A stretch of DNA of 64,000 nt from Polyangiales bacterium (GTDB lineage Bacteria; Myxococcota_A; Polyangia; Polyangiales; Ga0077539), in contig JBGARZ010000011.1 in assembly GCA_044229975.1 (NCBI GenBank), forward strand, positions 96,001-160,000, in the 5' to 3' direction. Every line of letters starts with the position of its first letter. Position 1 is the stretch's first letter. The notes below the pieces were generated by a model that saw only the letters and a list, made by a program, of their open reading frames with translations, did no database searches and had not been told where the DNA came from. Below, one piece after another: positions 49,422-59,941 of the stretch. The position numbers and the translations under genes are program-made.

Positions 49422-50084
49422 TCAGACGTCTCCTCGCATGAGCTGCCCCTGCCGTCGAAGCTCGGACGCGATGAACGGGGCGCGGTACTCCAGGTACGCC
49501 AGGTCGATGCCCCTGACACCCGGCCCGCGTCGGTACTCGTCGACGTACCGCCTCCGCTGCACACAGCAGTCTCGAATGTTGAGCAGCGGCAACGTCGCGT
49601 CGATCTTCGGGTGCTGCGCCTTCGGTGCAGCCGCGCCCCGAACAACGCGGTAGCTGGCGAGGTCCAGAGCGAACCAACCGACCTTCGCATCGACGGGGTC
49701 GACGAGACCGAGAAGCTCGCCCTTCTTCGAGTTCACGACGCCGGTGCAGAGTCTGTAGTTAGACCACTCGTACACGCGGTCCCACGCGAGCGACTTCGGA
49801 AGGACGTGGTCGACGGTCGGGCTTCCCGTCTCCTCGATGAACATCGCCAGGTACGCGCAGCGCTGCTCGTACACCTTCATCATGTCGTCGAGCGCCTCAC
49901 GCCAGAACGGCGGGAACTTGTCGCCCGGGATCGTCGACTCGGAGTCGGCGATCTTGGCGCGCCGAGGTCCACTCCGCTTGATGCGCGGCGCACGCCCCAC
50001 CAGCTCGTCGATCGCCGAGAGGCCCGGCTGACGGATCTTCGCGTCAAAGCTCTTTGGCTCCCGTGCCAGGGCGATCGGGATCAC
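49422..50084 (-). CDS. HNH-like nuclease partner of ATPase
   Basis: RCAY, TVDHVLPKS and YEWSNYRLC...NSKKG motifs; GTGA-coupled. Confidence 0.82.
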   Translation of the reverse strand: MIPIALAREPKSFDAKIRQPGLSAIDELVGRAPRIKRSGPRRAKIADSESTIPGDKFPPFWREALDDMMKVYEQRCAYLAMFIEETGSPTVDHVLPKSLAWDRVYEWSNYRLCTGVVNSKKGELLGLVDPVDAKVGWFALDLASYRVVRGAAAPKAQHPKIDATLPLLNIRDCCVQRRRYVDEYRRGPGVRGIDLAYLEYRAPFIASELRRQGQLMRGDV

Positions 50085-51415
50085 GACCTCGGCTCCCGCT
50101 TTCCGTCGCCCCGGGCCGTGGACTTCTTCGAGGCCTTCTTCGTGTGCTGCTCCCTGAAGTAGCCCCACTGCACCCAGAACGGATCGATGTCGGGGAGGCC
50201 CGCCCTCCGAAGTCCCTGGTCTGCCTTCTCGATGGCTTTCGCCGAAGGGGCCACCGCGTCGAGGACGGCCTGGGCCGCCGCGATGGCCTGTTCTCCTTCG
50301 AGCGAACGAGGCTCCTTCAGGTCAAACGCCTCGCTCACGAGCCAGTTTCCGATTTCGCCGTGGCGGATGAACGGACGCTTCCTGAGCACGACCTGCTTCT
50401 TCTCGAGGTCCAGGTCGAACCACGCGTCCTGGTCGACGTCGAAGACGGGCTCCACCGAGGCGAGCACGAGGGGCGAGTGCGTCGCCGCGATGAGCTGAAG
50501 CCGAACGTCCTTGCCAAGCGCTCGGAGCAGGCTGGGGAGGATGGTCCGTTGCCACTTCGGGTGGAGGTGGCCTTCGACCTCGTCGACGAGCAACACCAGC
50601 GAGTCGTTCGGTGCGCGCTTCTTGAGCGACGCGGCGACCCTGTGTTCGCGCCATGCCCACACCACCAGGTACGCGAGCCCCAGGATACGCCGCATCCCTG
50701 CTGGTGCGTGGGCCACCGGGAGTTCACCGGCGGGGCCCTGGAGGAAGGGAAAGTCGCGCGCGTCGTCGACGTAGACGCGCCCGACCTTGCGCGTCAGGCG
50801 AAACGACTGCTCGTCGGCAAGGTCTCCCACCAACGCGGCGAGGCGCTCGAACTCGACGCTGTCGGGTTCCACCGCCCAGCGAACGACGTCTCGCACGAGG
50901 CCCTCACAGATGCGGGCCGCCCTGTCGTCACCGTCCAACGCGAGGCCATCCCAGACCTGCGCTTCGTTGAACTGGAACGCGTTGCTCCGCCCCCATGCCG
51001 CCCGCCGTGACGGGAGGCGGAAGGCCTCACCAGCACGGAGCGGATCATGGACCGAGATGCCACCGTCGACCCGGACGTAGACGACGAGCCCGCCTCCGTA
51101 TTGGTCCTGTCGAGGATGCTCAGCAAGCGTGGTCGTCTTCCAGGCCGAGCCGTCAAAGTCGTACCGAGCCTGGGCTTCGATCGCGACACCGCCGCGGCGC
51201 TCGACCCATTCAATCGCGGCATCCTCCCTCTCAGGAACGGCACCCTTGCCGGACCAGGTCGCGGGCCACGTCCGGGTCAGCGCCCACCATGCGCTGTCGA
51301 GGAGGAGCGTCTTCCCGAGGCCGTTGTCGCCGGTGATGAGGTTGAGCCGCGGCGCGAGGTCCAGCGTCATCTCGGGTGCAGGTCCGACGCCCCGGAGGTG
51401 GAGAGACTCAAGCAT
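50081..51415 (-). CDS. ABC/AAA_21 ATPase
   Basis: GDNGLGKT, VDEVEGHLHPKWQR and ATHSP motifs. Confidence 0.88.
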   Translation of the reverse strand: MLESLHLRGVGPAPEMTLDLAPRLNLITGDNGLGKTLLLDSAWWALTRTWPATWSGKGAVPEREDAAIEWVERRGGVAIEAQARYDFDGSAWKTTTLAEHPRQDQYGGGLVVYVRVDGGISVHDPLRAGEAFRLPSRRAAWGRSNAFQFNEAQVWDGLALDGDDRAARICEGLVRDVVRWAVEPDSVEFERLAALVGDLADEQSFRLTRKVGRVYVDDARDFPFLQGPAGELPVAHAPAGMRRILGLAYLVVWAWREHRVAASLKKRAPNDSLVLLVDEVEGHLHPKWQRTILPSLLRALGKDVRLQLIAATHSPLVLASVEPVFDVDQDAWFDLDLEKKQVVLRKRPFIRHGEIGNWLVSEAFDLKEPRSLEGEQAIAAAQAVLDAVAPSAKAIEKADQGLRRAGLPDIDPFWVQWGYFREQHTKKASKKSTARGDGKREPRS

Positions 51416-51536
51416 CGGCCTTGCCTCGCTGGCCTTTCGTGTTCCACCACCTCGCGAGGTCCATCTCGCCGAAGCGGGCGACGGCGAGTCGAAGCTTCGG
51501 CACACGATCGAGGTCGATGGTCGGTGACGGCTTCAC
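51408..51536 (-). pseudogene. brxE: N-terminal remnant of BREX BrxE-family gene
   Basis: IDLDRVPKLRLAVARFGEMDLARWWNTKGQ matches the recalled BrxE N-terminal motif; stops after 42 aa. Confidence 0.65.
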
Positions 51537-51609
51537 GGCGCGCCAGCGTACGCGAGGCATCGATTTTGTCGCAATGAAGAGCACTCGTGCCCCTGCGGTA
51601 GACCGACGG

Positions 51610-53991
<2,382 letters not shown>

Positions 53992-54109
53992 CGGGTCTCC
54001 ATTGGGGGGAATGCGGGGTCGCGCGCGTTGTCCCATGGCGCACCAGAGGCGGTCGAAAATCGGTCCATCGTCCTATCTCGCCAACGCCTACTTCCCTCAA
54101 GGAGTCTCT

Positions 54110-54535
54110 CTACCGCGGTGCGATGGGCGCCTTCGACCAGCGCCCCCACGCGACGAACAACGACAGCCCGACCATCAGCACATTGAAGGGCGTGTTGGCC
54201 GTCTCGCCCCGCGAGACGTGGAAGACGATGGCCGAGACCTGGAGCGCGGCGCACCCGATCGCAGCGAGCACCGTCACCCGCGGCAGGATGCACGTCGCCG
54301 ACGGCAGCACCACGCCGAGTCCACCGAGCAGGTCGACGACCGTGGTCATCAGCAGAAAGCCCGGCGAGACCTGCCCCGCCCACGGGATCTTCGCGGCGAG
54401 CTCAGGCACCGGCGTGAAGAACTTCCACAGCGCGGTGCCAACGAAGACGAGCCCGAGGAGCCCCTGCACCACCCACAGACCGATGTGCAGCGCCCTCGAC
54501 GGCTTCGCGTCGGCGCCCGTTGCATCCGTGCTCAT
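54110..54535 (-). CDS. DoxX family membrane protein
   Basis: LWVVQGLLG...DLLGGLGVVLP...FHVSRGE...FVAWGR. Confidence 0.9.
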   Translation of the reverse strand: MSTDATGADAKPSRALHIGLWVVQGLLGLVFVGTALWKFFTPVPELAAKIPWAGQVSPGFLLMTTVVDLLGGLGVVLPSATCILPRVTVLAAIGCAALQVSAIVFHVSRGETANTPFNVLMVGLSLFVAWGRWSKAPIAPR

Positions 54536-55119
54536 GGGCGCCTCGTAACCGCTCTCGTCTGCTTGGCCGCGCTCCGAACGACGCCCACCAGCGCCTCGAC
54601 GTAGGCCGCCCGGTCGTCCGCGGTGCCGAGCCCGATGCCCAGCGCGTCGAGCTCGCCGACCCCGAGCGTCGCCGCGTGCACCAGCCTCGCCGCGGCCTTC
54701 GAGCGCCGCGCGTCGAGCCCCATCTCCTTGAAGCCCGCCAGCAGAAACGCCTGCCGCCGCGCCGCCTCGGCCTTCACCCTCGCCCCGAGCGCGGGGTGCG
54801 CCGCGAGCGTGCCCATCGCGCGCAGCGCCCTCACCCCTTCGGGCGACCCGTGCACCGCCACCACCAGCGCCTCGACGCGCGCCGCGGGGGACGCGACACC
54901 CTTCACCCCGGCGAGGAGCTCGTCGGTGCGCGCCACCCAGCGGTCGACCAGCGCGCCGAGCAGCGCGTCGCGGTCGCGGAAGTGCCAGTAGAAGCTGCCC
55001 TTGGTGACGCCCAGCGAGCGCGCCAGCGGCTCCACGGCCACCGCCGCGAGGCCGCCTGCGAGGATGGCCGCGAGGGCGCCGTCGACCCACGCGTTTGCGT
55101 CCAACACCTTCGTCGCCAT
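54532..55119 (-). CDS. TetR family regulator
   Basis: VAVEPLARSLGVTKGSFYWHF HTH. Confidence 0.93.
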   Translation of the reverse strand: MATKVLDANAWVDGALAAILAGGLAAVAVEPLARSLGVTKGSFYWHFRDRDALLGALVDRWVARTDELLAGVKGVASPAARVEALVVAVHGSPEGVRALRAMGTLAAHPALGARVKAEAARRQAFLLAGFKEMGLDARRSKAAARLVHAATLGVGELDALGIGLGTADDRAAYVEALVGVVRSAAKQTRAVTRRP

Positions 55120-55134
55120 GGTTTGCGACCATAC

Positions 55135-55152
55135 ACCATACGGACCCGTACT
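55135..55152. promoter_or_regulatory. Putative TetR operator
   Basis: TACGG-AC-CCGTA palindrome ~20 bp upstream of the tetR start. Confidence 0.5.
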
Positions 55153-55269
55153 GACTGCAACCGCCGCCGCGTCGCGAGGGCGACGCAGAAGCCGGGGATG
55201 CTCGGGTCGTCGAGGTCCCCTCACGCGCTCAGCGGGCGTCCACGAGACGCGACGGGTTACCCTCGACGG

Positions 55270-55551
55270 ATGTGTCGCAACATCCGCCTGCTCTTCAACT
55301 TCGAACCACCCGCCACGGACGACGAGGTTCGCGCGGCGGCCCTCCAATACGTCCGCAAGGTGAGCGGCTCGACGCGCCCCTCCGAGGCGAACCGCGCGGC
55401 CTTCGATCGGGCGACCGCCGAGGTCGCGCGCATCACGAGTGAGCTGCTGCGCGAGCTGGTCACCACGTCGTCGCCGCGCGATCGGGCGAAGGAGGCCGCG
55501 CGCGCCATGGAGCGGTCCCGCAAGCGCTTCACCGTCGTACCGTCGCGGTGA
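55270..55551 (+). CDS. DUF2277 family protein
   Basis: MCRNI..L.NFEPPAT..EV.AAALQYVRKVSG. Confidence 0.9.
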   Translation: MCRNIRLLFNFEPPATDDEVRAAALQYVRKVSGSTRPSEANRAAFDRATAEVARITSELLRELVTTSSPRDRAKEAARAMERSRKRFTVVPSR

Positions 55552-55638
55552 GCCGCCGACGGCTCGTCCTCTTCCGGAAATCCGTGCGCCATTTCGCCGC
55601 ATTGCGGTGCACACGGCTTGTCCACATCCTCGCCCCCC

Positions 55639-57945
55639 ATGGTGAACCCCCGCACGGCGCTCCTCGAAGACCCGCAGCTCCGCCCCTTCCTCCCGCTGCT
55701 GTGGGTCGCCTGGTCGGACGGTGACCTCGAAGACGCCGAGCTCGACGCCCTCCGCGCGCGCATCGAGGCGACGCCGTGGCTCCGGCCCGCCGCCCGCCTC
55801 GCGCTCGCTGCCTGGCTCGACCCCGCGCGGCCGCCCTCCGCCGCCGAGCTGCGCTCCCTGCTCGCGACCCTCGAGTCCGTCGCCGGAACCCTCAGCCCCG
55901 AGCACCGCCGCGACCTCGTCGCCCTCGGCGCGTCGATGGCCCCCGATGGCATCGACCCAACCGCCCTCACCGCTTCGCTCGTCGAGCTCGAAGAGCGTCT
56001 CGGCGGCTCTGCGGGAGCACCGTTCCTCGTCGCCAACAAGGGCGAGCGCAAGGTCGCCGCCGCCACCTTCGACGTGTCGTCTCTCGCCGCCGTGCTCGAC
56101 GGCGCCTACGCCGCGCCGCGCGCCGAGGCCCGGGCGTTTCTGTCCGACCCGTCGCGCCGCGCCTACGGCCTGCCCCTCGCGGAGTACCGCGCGAAGGTCT
56201 CCGGCTGGCTCGCGGAGGCCGCCGCTCTCCACCTTGGTGAGGGCGCGTACCCCGGCATCACCACGAAGGAGCACGACCTCGCGGCCTTCGTCTCCACCTT
56301 CGAGACCCTCGCGTTGGGCGACCTGTCGCTGGTGATCCGCTTCGGGGTGCAGTTCGGGCTCTTCGGCGGGAGCATCTACTCGCTCGGCACCGAGGCGCAG
56401 CGCCGCGAGTACCTGCCGCGCGTGGCGAGCCTCGCGCTACCGGGGTGCTTCGCCATGAGCGAGGTGGGCCACGGCTCCGACGTGGCGTCTCTCGAAACCG
56501 TCGCCACCTGGGACCGCGCGACCCGCACCTTCGTCGTGCACACGCCCCGCGAGGCCGCGCGCAAGGACTGGATCGGCGGCGCCGCCCACAACGCCCGCAT
56601 GGCGACGGTCTTCGCGCAGCTCGAAGCCGACGGCGAGCGGCACGGCGTGCACGCCTTCCTCGTCCCCATCCGCACCGACGCGGGCGAGCTGATGCCGGGC
56701 GTCCGCGCGGGCGACTCGGGCCACAAGATGGGCCTCAACGGCGTCGACAACGGGCGGCTGTGGTTCGACCAGGTGCGGGTGCCCGAAGCATCGCTGCTCG
56801 CCCGCTTCGCGCACATGGACGCGGCGGGCGCGTACGCGAGCCCCATCGCCAACCCCAACAAGCGCTTCTTCACCATGCTCGGGACGCTCGTCGGCGGCCG
56901 CATCTCCGTCGCCGCGGGGGCCGTCTCCGTCGCCAAGGTAGCGCTCACCATCGCCATCCGGTACGCGACGGCGCGACGACAGTTCGGCGCCACGGATGGA
57001 AGGGAGGTTCCGCTGCTGGCGTATCCCACGCACGCGCGACGACTGCTCCCGCGGCTCGCGACCACGTACGTGCTGCACTTCGCACTCGACGCCCTCAAGG
57101 CGCGCTTCGGCGAGCTTCAACGTGGAGGCGACAACCCCGACACGCGCGAGATCGAGGCCGAGGCGGCCGCCCTCAAGGCGCTCGCGAGCTGGCACGCGGT
57201 CGACACGGCGCGCGGCTGCCGCGAGGCGTGCGGCGGTCAGGGGTACCTCTCGGTCAACCGGCTGCCCGACCTCTGCGCCGACGTCGAGATCTTCACCACC
57301 TTCGAGGGCGACAACACGGTGCTGCTCCAGCTCGTGGCCAAGAGCCTTCTGTCGGGCTTCCAGCGCCGCTTCGAGGGCGGTGGGCTCGGCAGCGTCGCGC
57401 GTCACCTGTTCGGCATCGCGCGCACGGCCGTCACCGAGATGAACCCCGTGGCTGTCCGTCGCACCGACAACGAGCACCTGCGCGACCGCGGGTTTCACCT
57501 GGCCGCGCTTCGCTACCGCGAGGAGAAGCTGCTGGTCACGGCGGCAGCGCGTCTGCGTAAGCGCCTCGGCGCCAAGATGGACCCGCACGAGGCCATGCTC
57601 GACGTGCAGGAGCACCTCGTGGCGCTCGCGCGCGCCCACGCCGATCGGGTAGCGCTCGCGTGGTTCGACGAGGCGGTGTCGGCGCTACCGGAGGGACCGG
57701 TGCGCGATCGGCTCGACCGGCTGGGCGCGTTGCATGCGCTCACGGTGCTGCGCGCGGAGGGGGCGTTCTTCCTGGTCGAGGGGTACTTCGACGGGGTGAA
57801 GGAGCGGGCGATTCGCGAGGAGGGCGAAGCGCTGTTGCGCGAGTTGCAGCCCGACGCGGTGGGGCTGGTGGAGGCGTTCGGGATTCCCCCGGCGTGCCTC
57901 GCGGCGCCCATCGCCTTCATGGACCCGGCGCACCCGCGCTGGTGA
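55639..57945 (+). CDS. Acyl-CoA oxidase/dehydrogenase with N-terminal TerB-like extension
   Basis: GCFAMSEVGHGSDV, KMGLNGVDNG, REACGGQGY and TFEGDNTVL motifs. Confidence 0.9.
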   Translation: MVNPRTALLEDPQLRPFLPLLWVAWSDGDLEDAELDALRARIEATPWLRPAARLALAAWLDPARPPSAAELRSLLATLESVAGTLSPEHRRDLVALGASMAPDGIDPTALTASLVELEERLGGSAGAPFLVANKGERKVAAATFDVSSLAAVLDGAYAAPRAEARAFLSDPSRRAYGLPLAEYRAKVSGWLAEAAALHLGEGAYPGITTKEHDLAAFVSTFETLALGDLSLVIRFGVQFGLFGGSIYSLGTEAQRREYLPRVASLALPGCFAMSEVGHGSDVASLETVATWDRATRTFVVHTPREAARKDWIGGAAHNARMATVFAQLEADGERHGVHAFLVPIRTDAGELMPGVRAGDSGHKMGLNGVDNGRLWFDQVRVPEASLLARFAHMDAAGAYASPIANPNKRFFTMLGTLVGGRISVAAGAVSVAKVALTIAIRYATARRQFGATDGREVPLLAYPTHARRLLPRLATTYVLHFALDALKARFGELQRGGDNPDTREIEAEAAALKALASWHAVDTARGCREACGGQGYLSVNRLPDLCADVEIFTTFEGDNTVLLQLVAKSLLSGFQRRFEGGGLGSVARHLFGIARTAVTEMNPVAVRRTDNEHLRDRGFHLAALRYREEKLLVTAAARLRKRLGAKMDPHEAMLDVQEHLVALARAHADRVALAWFDEAVSALPEGPVRDRLDRLGALHALTVLRAEGAFFLVEGYFDGVKERAIREEGEALLRELQPDAVGLVEAFGIPPACLAAPIAFMDPAHPRW

Positions 57946-58013
57946 CGAGCCCGGTCAGCGCTGTCGTCCGCGCAGTGGATGGCGGACGCCTCGGACGCGC
58001 CATCGCTGGTCGT

Positions 58014-58460
58014 TCAGCCGATGACCTGCTGCCAGTCGCCGTGTTCGCGTGACCACTCGTAGACGATGCGCGCCTTGACCCGCACACAGAACAGTCGGCG
58101 CACTCCCCTCGCGGCGAACTTCTCGATCTTGCGGGTGACGTGGCTCAAGAGCTCGGTGTCGAGCACCTCGAAGGCGATCTCCTCCAGCTTGCGCCCGCCG
58201 GTCACCGGGTCGGCGCCGGATGGGTACACCGAGATGTCGGGCGCCGCGTCGCTGTTTTCGTCGGCCCGCGTGAGCATGTCGACGGCGCCCAGGTAACCGT
58301 CCGCCAGGCAGCCCGCGAACACCATCGTGGCCTCGAAGTGTCGCGTGCCATGGGGCTCGTTGGCGCCCATGGTCAAGAACACCGTCCCGTCGAGCACCTC
58401 CGCGCGCGACTCCGGCGCAACGATGCGCTCATCGACCGCGTAGGGGTATTTCGGGTCCAT
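58014..58460 (-). CDS. Uma2 family endonuclease, probably C-terminally truncated
   Basis: EVLDG, APDISV, EIAFEV and RGVRRLF motifs; ends abruptly at 148 aa. Confidence 0.7.
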   Translation of the reverse strand: MDPKYPYAVDERIVAPESRAEVLDGTVFLTMGANEPHGTRHFEATMVFAGCLADGYLGAVDMLTRADENSDAAPDISVYPSGADPVTGGRKLEEIAFEVLDTELLSHVTRKIEKFAARGVRRLFCVRVKARIVYEWSREHGDWQQVIG

Positions 58461-58516
58461 CAACGTGGACGATACGCCGGACGAGCGCGAGCGCGGCGGT
58501 CTTCGGTCGAGGCCCG

Positions 58517-59740
58517 TCAGCGGATGTCGAAGTGGCACTCGTAGGCGCCGCCCGCGCGGAACGCCCCCGACAAGATGGTGTACCGCCCGCCGCTCGGACA
58601 CGTGAACCCGACGTTGGAGCACAGGTGCGTGTCGGGGCCGCCGTCGCCGCCCGGGCACGAGTCGTCGTTGGCCGCGATCTGATCGGCGCGCATGCACGGA
58701 CGGTCGCCCGCGCAGATGCGCAGCATCGGGTCGCCCGCGCACAGGCCGATGGGCGGCGAGCAGCCGGCGTTGCAGCCGATCTGCACCCGAGCGCCCGGGG
58801 TGCACGTGCGCACGGCTCCCTCGACGGTCCACCCGCAGTCGCGGTCGAGGCCCTCGTCGGGGCCGCCGCACCCGAGCGTCGGGTCGTTGAGCAATCCCCC
58901 GTCGGGTGCCAGCGGACGCGCCGGGATCACCACCGTCATGAAGGTCTCGTTGTCGTCGTAGCGGCTCTCACTCACCACGCGCTCGACGTTGACCTGCGCG
59001 CGCAGCCGGTACGTCCCGGCCGGCACGCCGGTGATGTCCACGTACTGGCAATCGAGCGCCCGCCCGTAGAGGTCGTACCAGCCCGCGTGGATGCCCTGGT
59101 TGCTGCAGTTGTACCGCTCCGCCGCGGGGATGTCGGTGCTCATGCCCATGTAGCGCGCCGTGTCGAGCAGGCAGAACGACTGCTTGTGCCCGCGGCCCAC
59201 CTCCGCCCCCGCCATGTCGAAGAGCCGGTAGTCGGCGTAGCCGCGCAGGTGCCAGTGGTTGTGGCAGGTGCCGAACTCGAACATCGCCGACGGTCGACCA
59301 CCCGTGGTCGGCGCGCCGAGGTAGAGGTCGGCCTCGCCGACGTTGGGCGTGAGCAGGTCGAAGCGCAGCAGGCGACGGCTGCCCGCGACGGTGCAGCCCT
59401 CCATCACCTCGCACGCCGAGGCGCTGAAGGTGCGCTCTTGAATCTGCGTGTTCTGGATCACCGGCGTGAGGTTGGGCAGCGGCCCGGCGTCCGTCGGCGC
59501 CACGACCGGTGCGTCCGTCGCCGCCACGTCGGCGCCCGCCGCGACATCCACCGCGAGCGGCGTGTCGATGCTCACCGCGGGAACGTCACTGCGCTTCGTC
59601 GTGCCGGTGTCCGTCGGCGTCCCGGTGTCGGAGGTACCTGCGTCCGTCGAGGGAGTGGACGGCGTCGAGCCGTTGGCCGTGCAACCCACCGCGGCGATCG
59701 CGAGAAGGCCCACGAGACCGTACGCAGCCTGTGTCGACAT
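58517..59740 (-). CDS. Lysyl oxidase family lipoprotein
   Basis: Lipobox AVGC; RRLLRF, CHNHWH (Cu), GHKQSFCLLD (LTQ Lys), QGIHAGWYDLY (LTQ Tyr), DCQYVDITGV and ESRYDDN. Confidence 0.92.
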   Translation of the reverse strand: MSTQAAYGLVGLLAIAAVGCTANGSTPSTPSTDAGTSDTGTPTDTGTTKRSDVPAVSIDTPLAVDVAAGADVAATDAPVVAPTDAGPLPNLTPVIQNTQIQERTFSASACEVMEGCTVAGSRRLLRFDLLTPNVGEADLYLGAPTTGGRPSAMFEFGTCHNHWHLRGYADYRLFDMAGAEVGRGHKQSFCLLDTARYMGMSTDIPAAERYNCSNQGIHAGWYDLYGRALDCQYVDITGVPAGTYRLRAQVNVERVVSESRYDDNETFMTVVIPARPLAPDGGLLNDPTLGCGGPDEGLDRDCGWTVEGAVRTCTPGARVQIGCNAGCSPPIGLCAGDPMLRICAGDRPCMRADQIAANDDSCPGGDGGPDTHLCSNVGFTCPSGGRYTILSGAFRAGGAYECHFDIR

Positions 59741-59941
59741 GGTCCGTGACTCCGTGTGCGAGGTGGGTCCCCGAGCGCGACCAGCGCCCGGCGCAACCAC
59801 GAAGGTATCGACCGCTGCAACCGCGTCGCCAGCGAAATCGCGACTTGACCGACGAGGGCGATCGGCCTCCCATTGCTCGGGTCCGCGCTCGTGCTTCTGC
59901 CTTCCTTGAGATCGCCTTCACCAAACGGGGCCTACGTCATC

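Noticed and set aside
45748..51600. Retron (Ec78-type) system
   Set aside because: No reverse transcriptase (no YADD-type motif) or msr/msd inverted repeats recognised near the ATPase-HNH pairs
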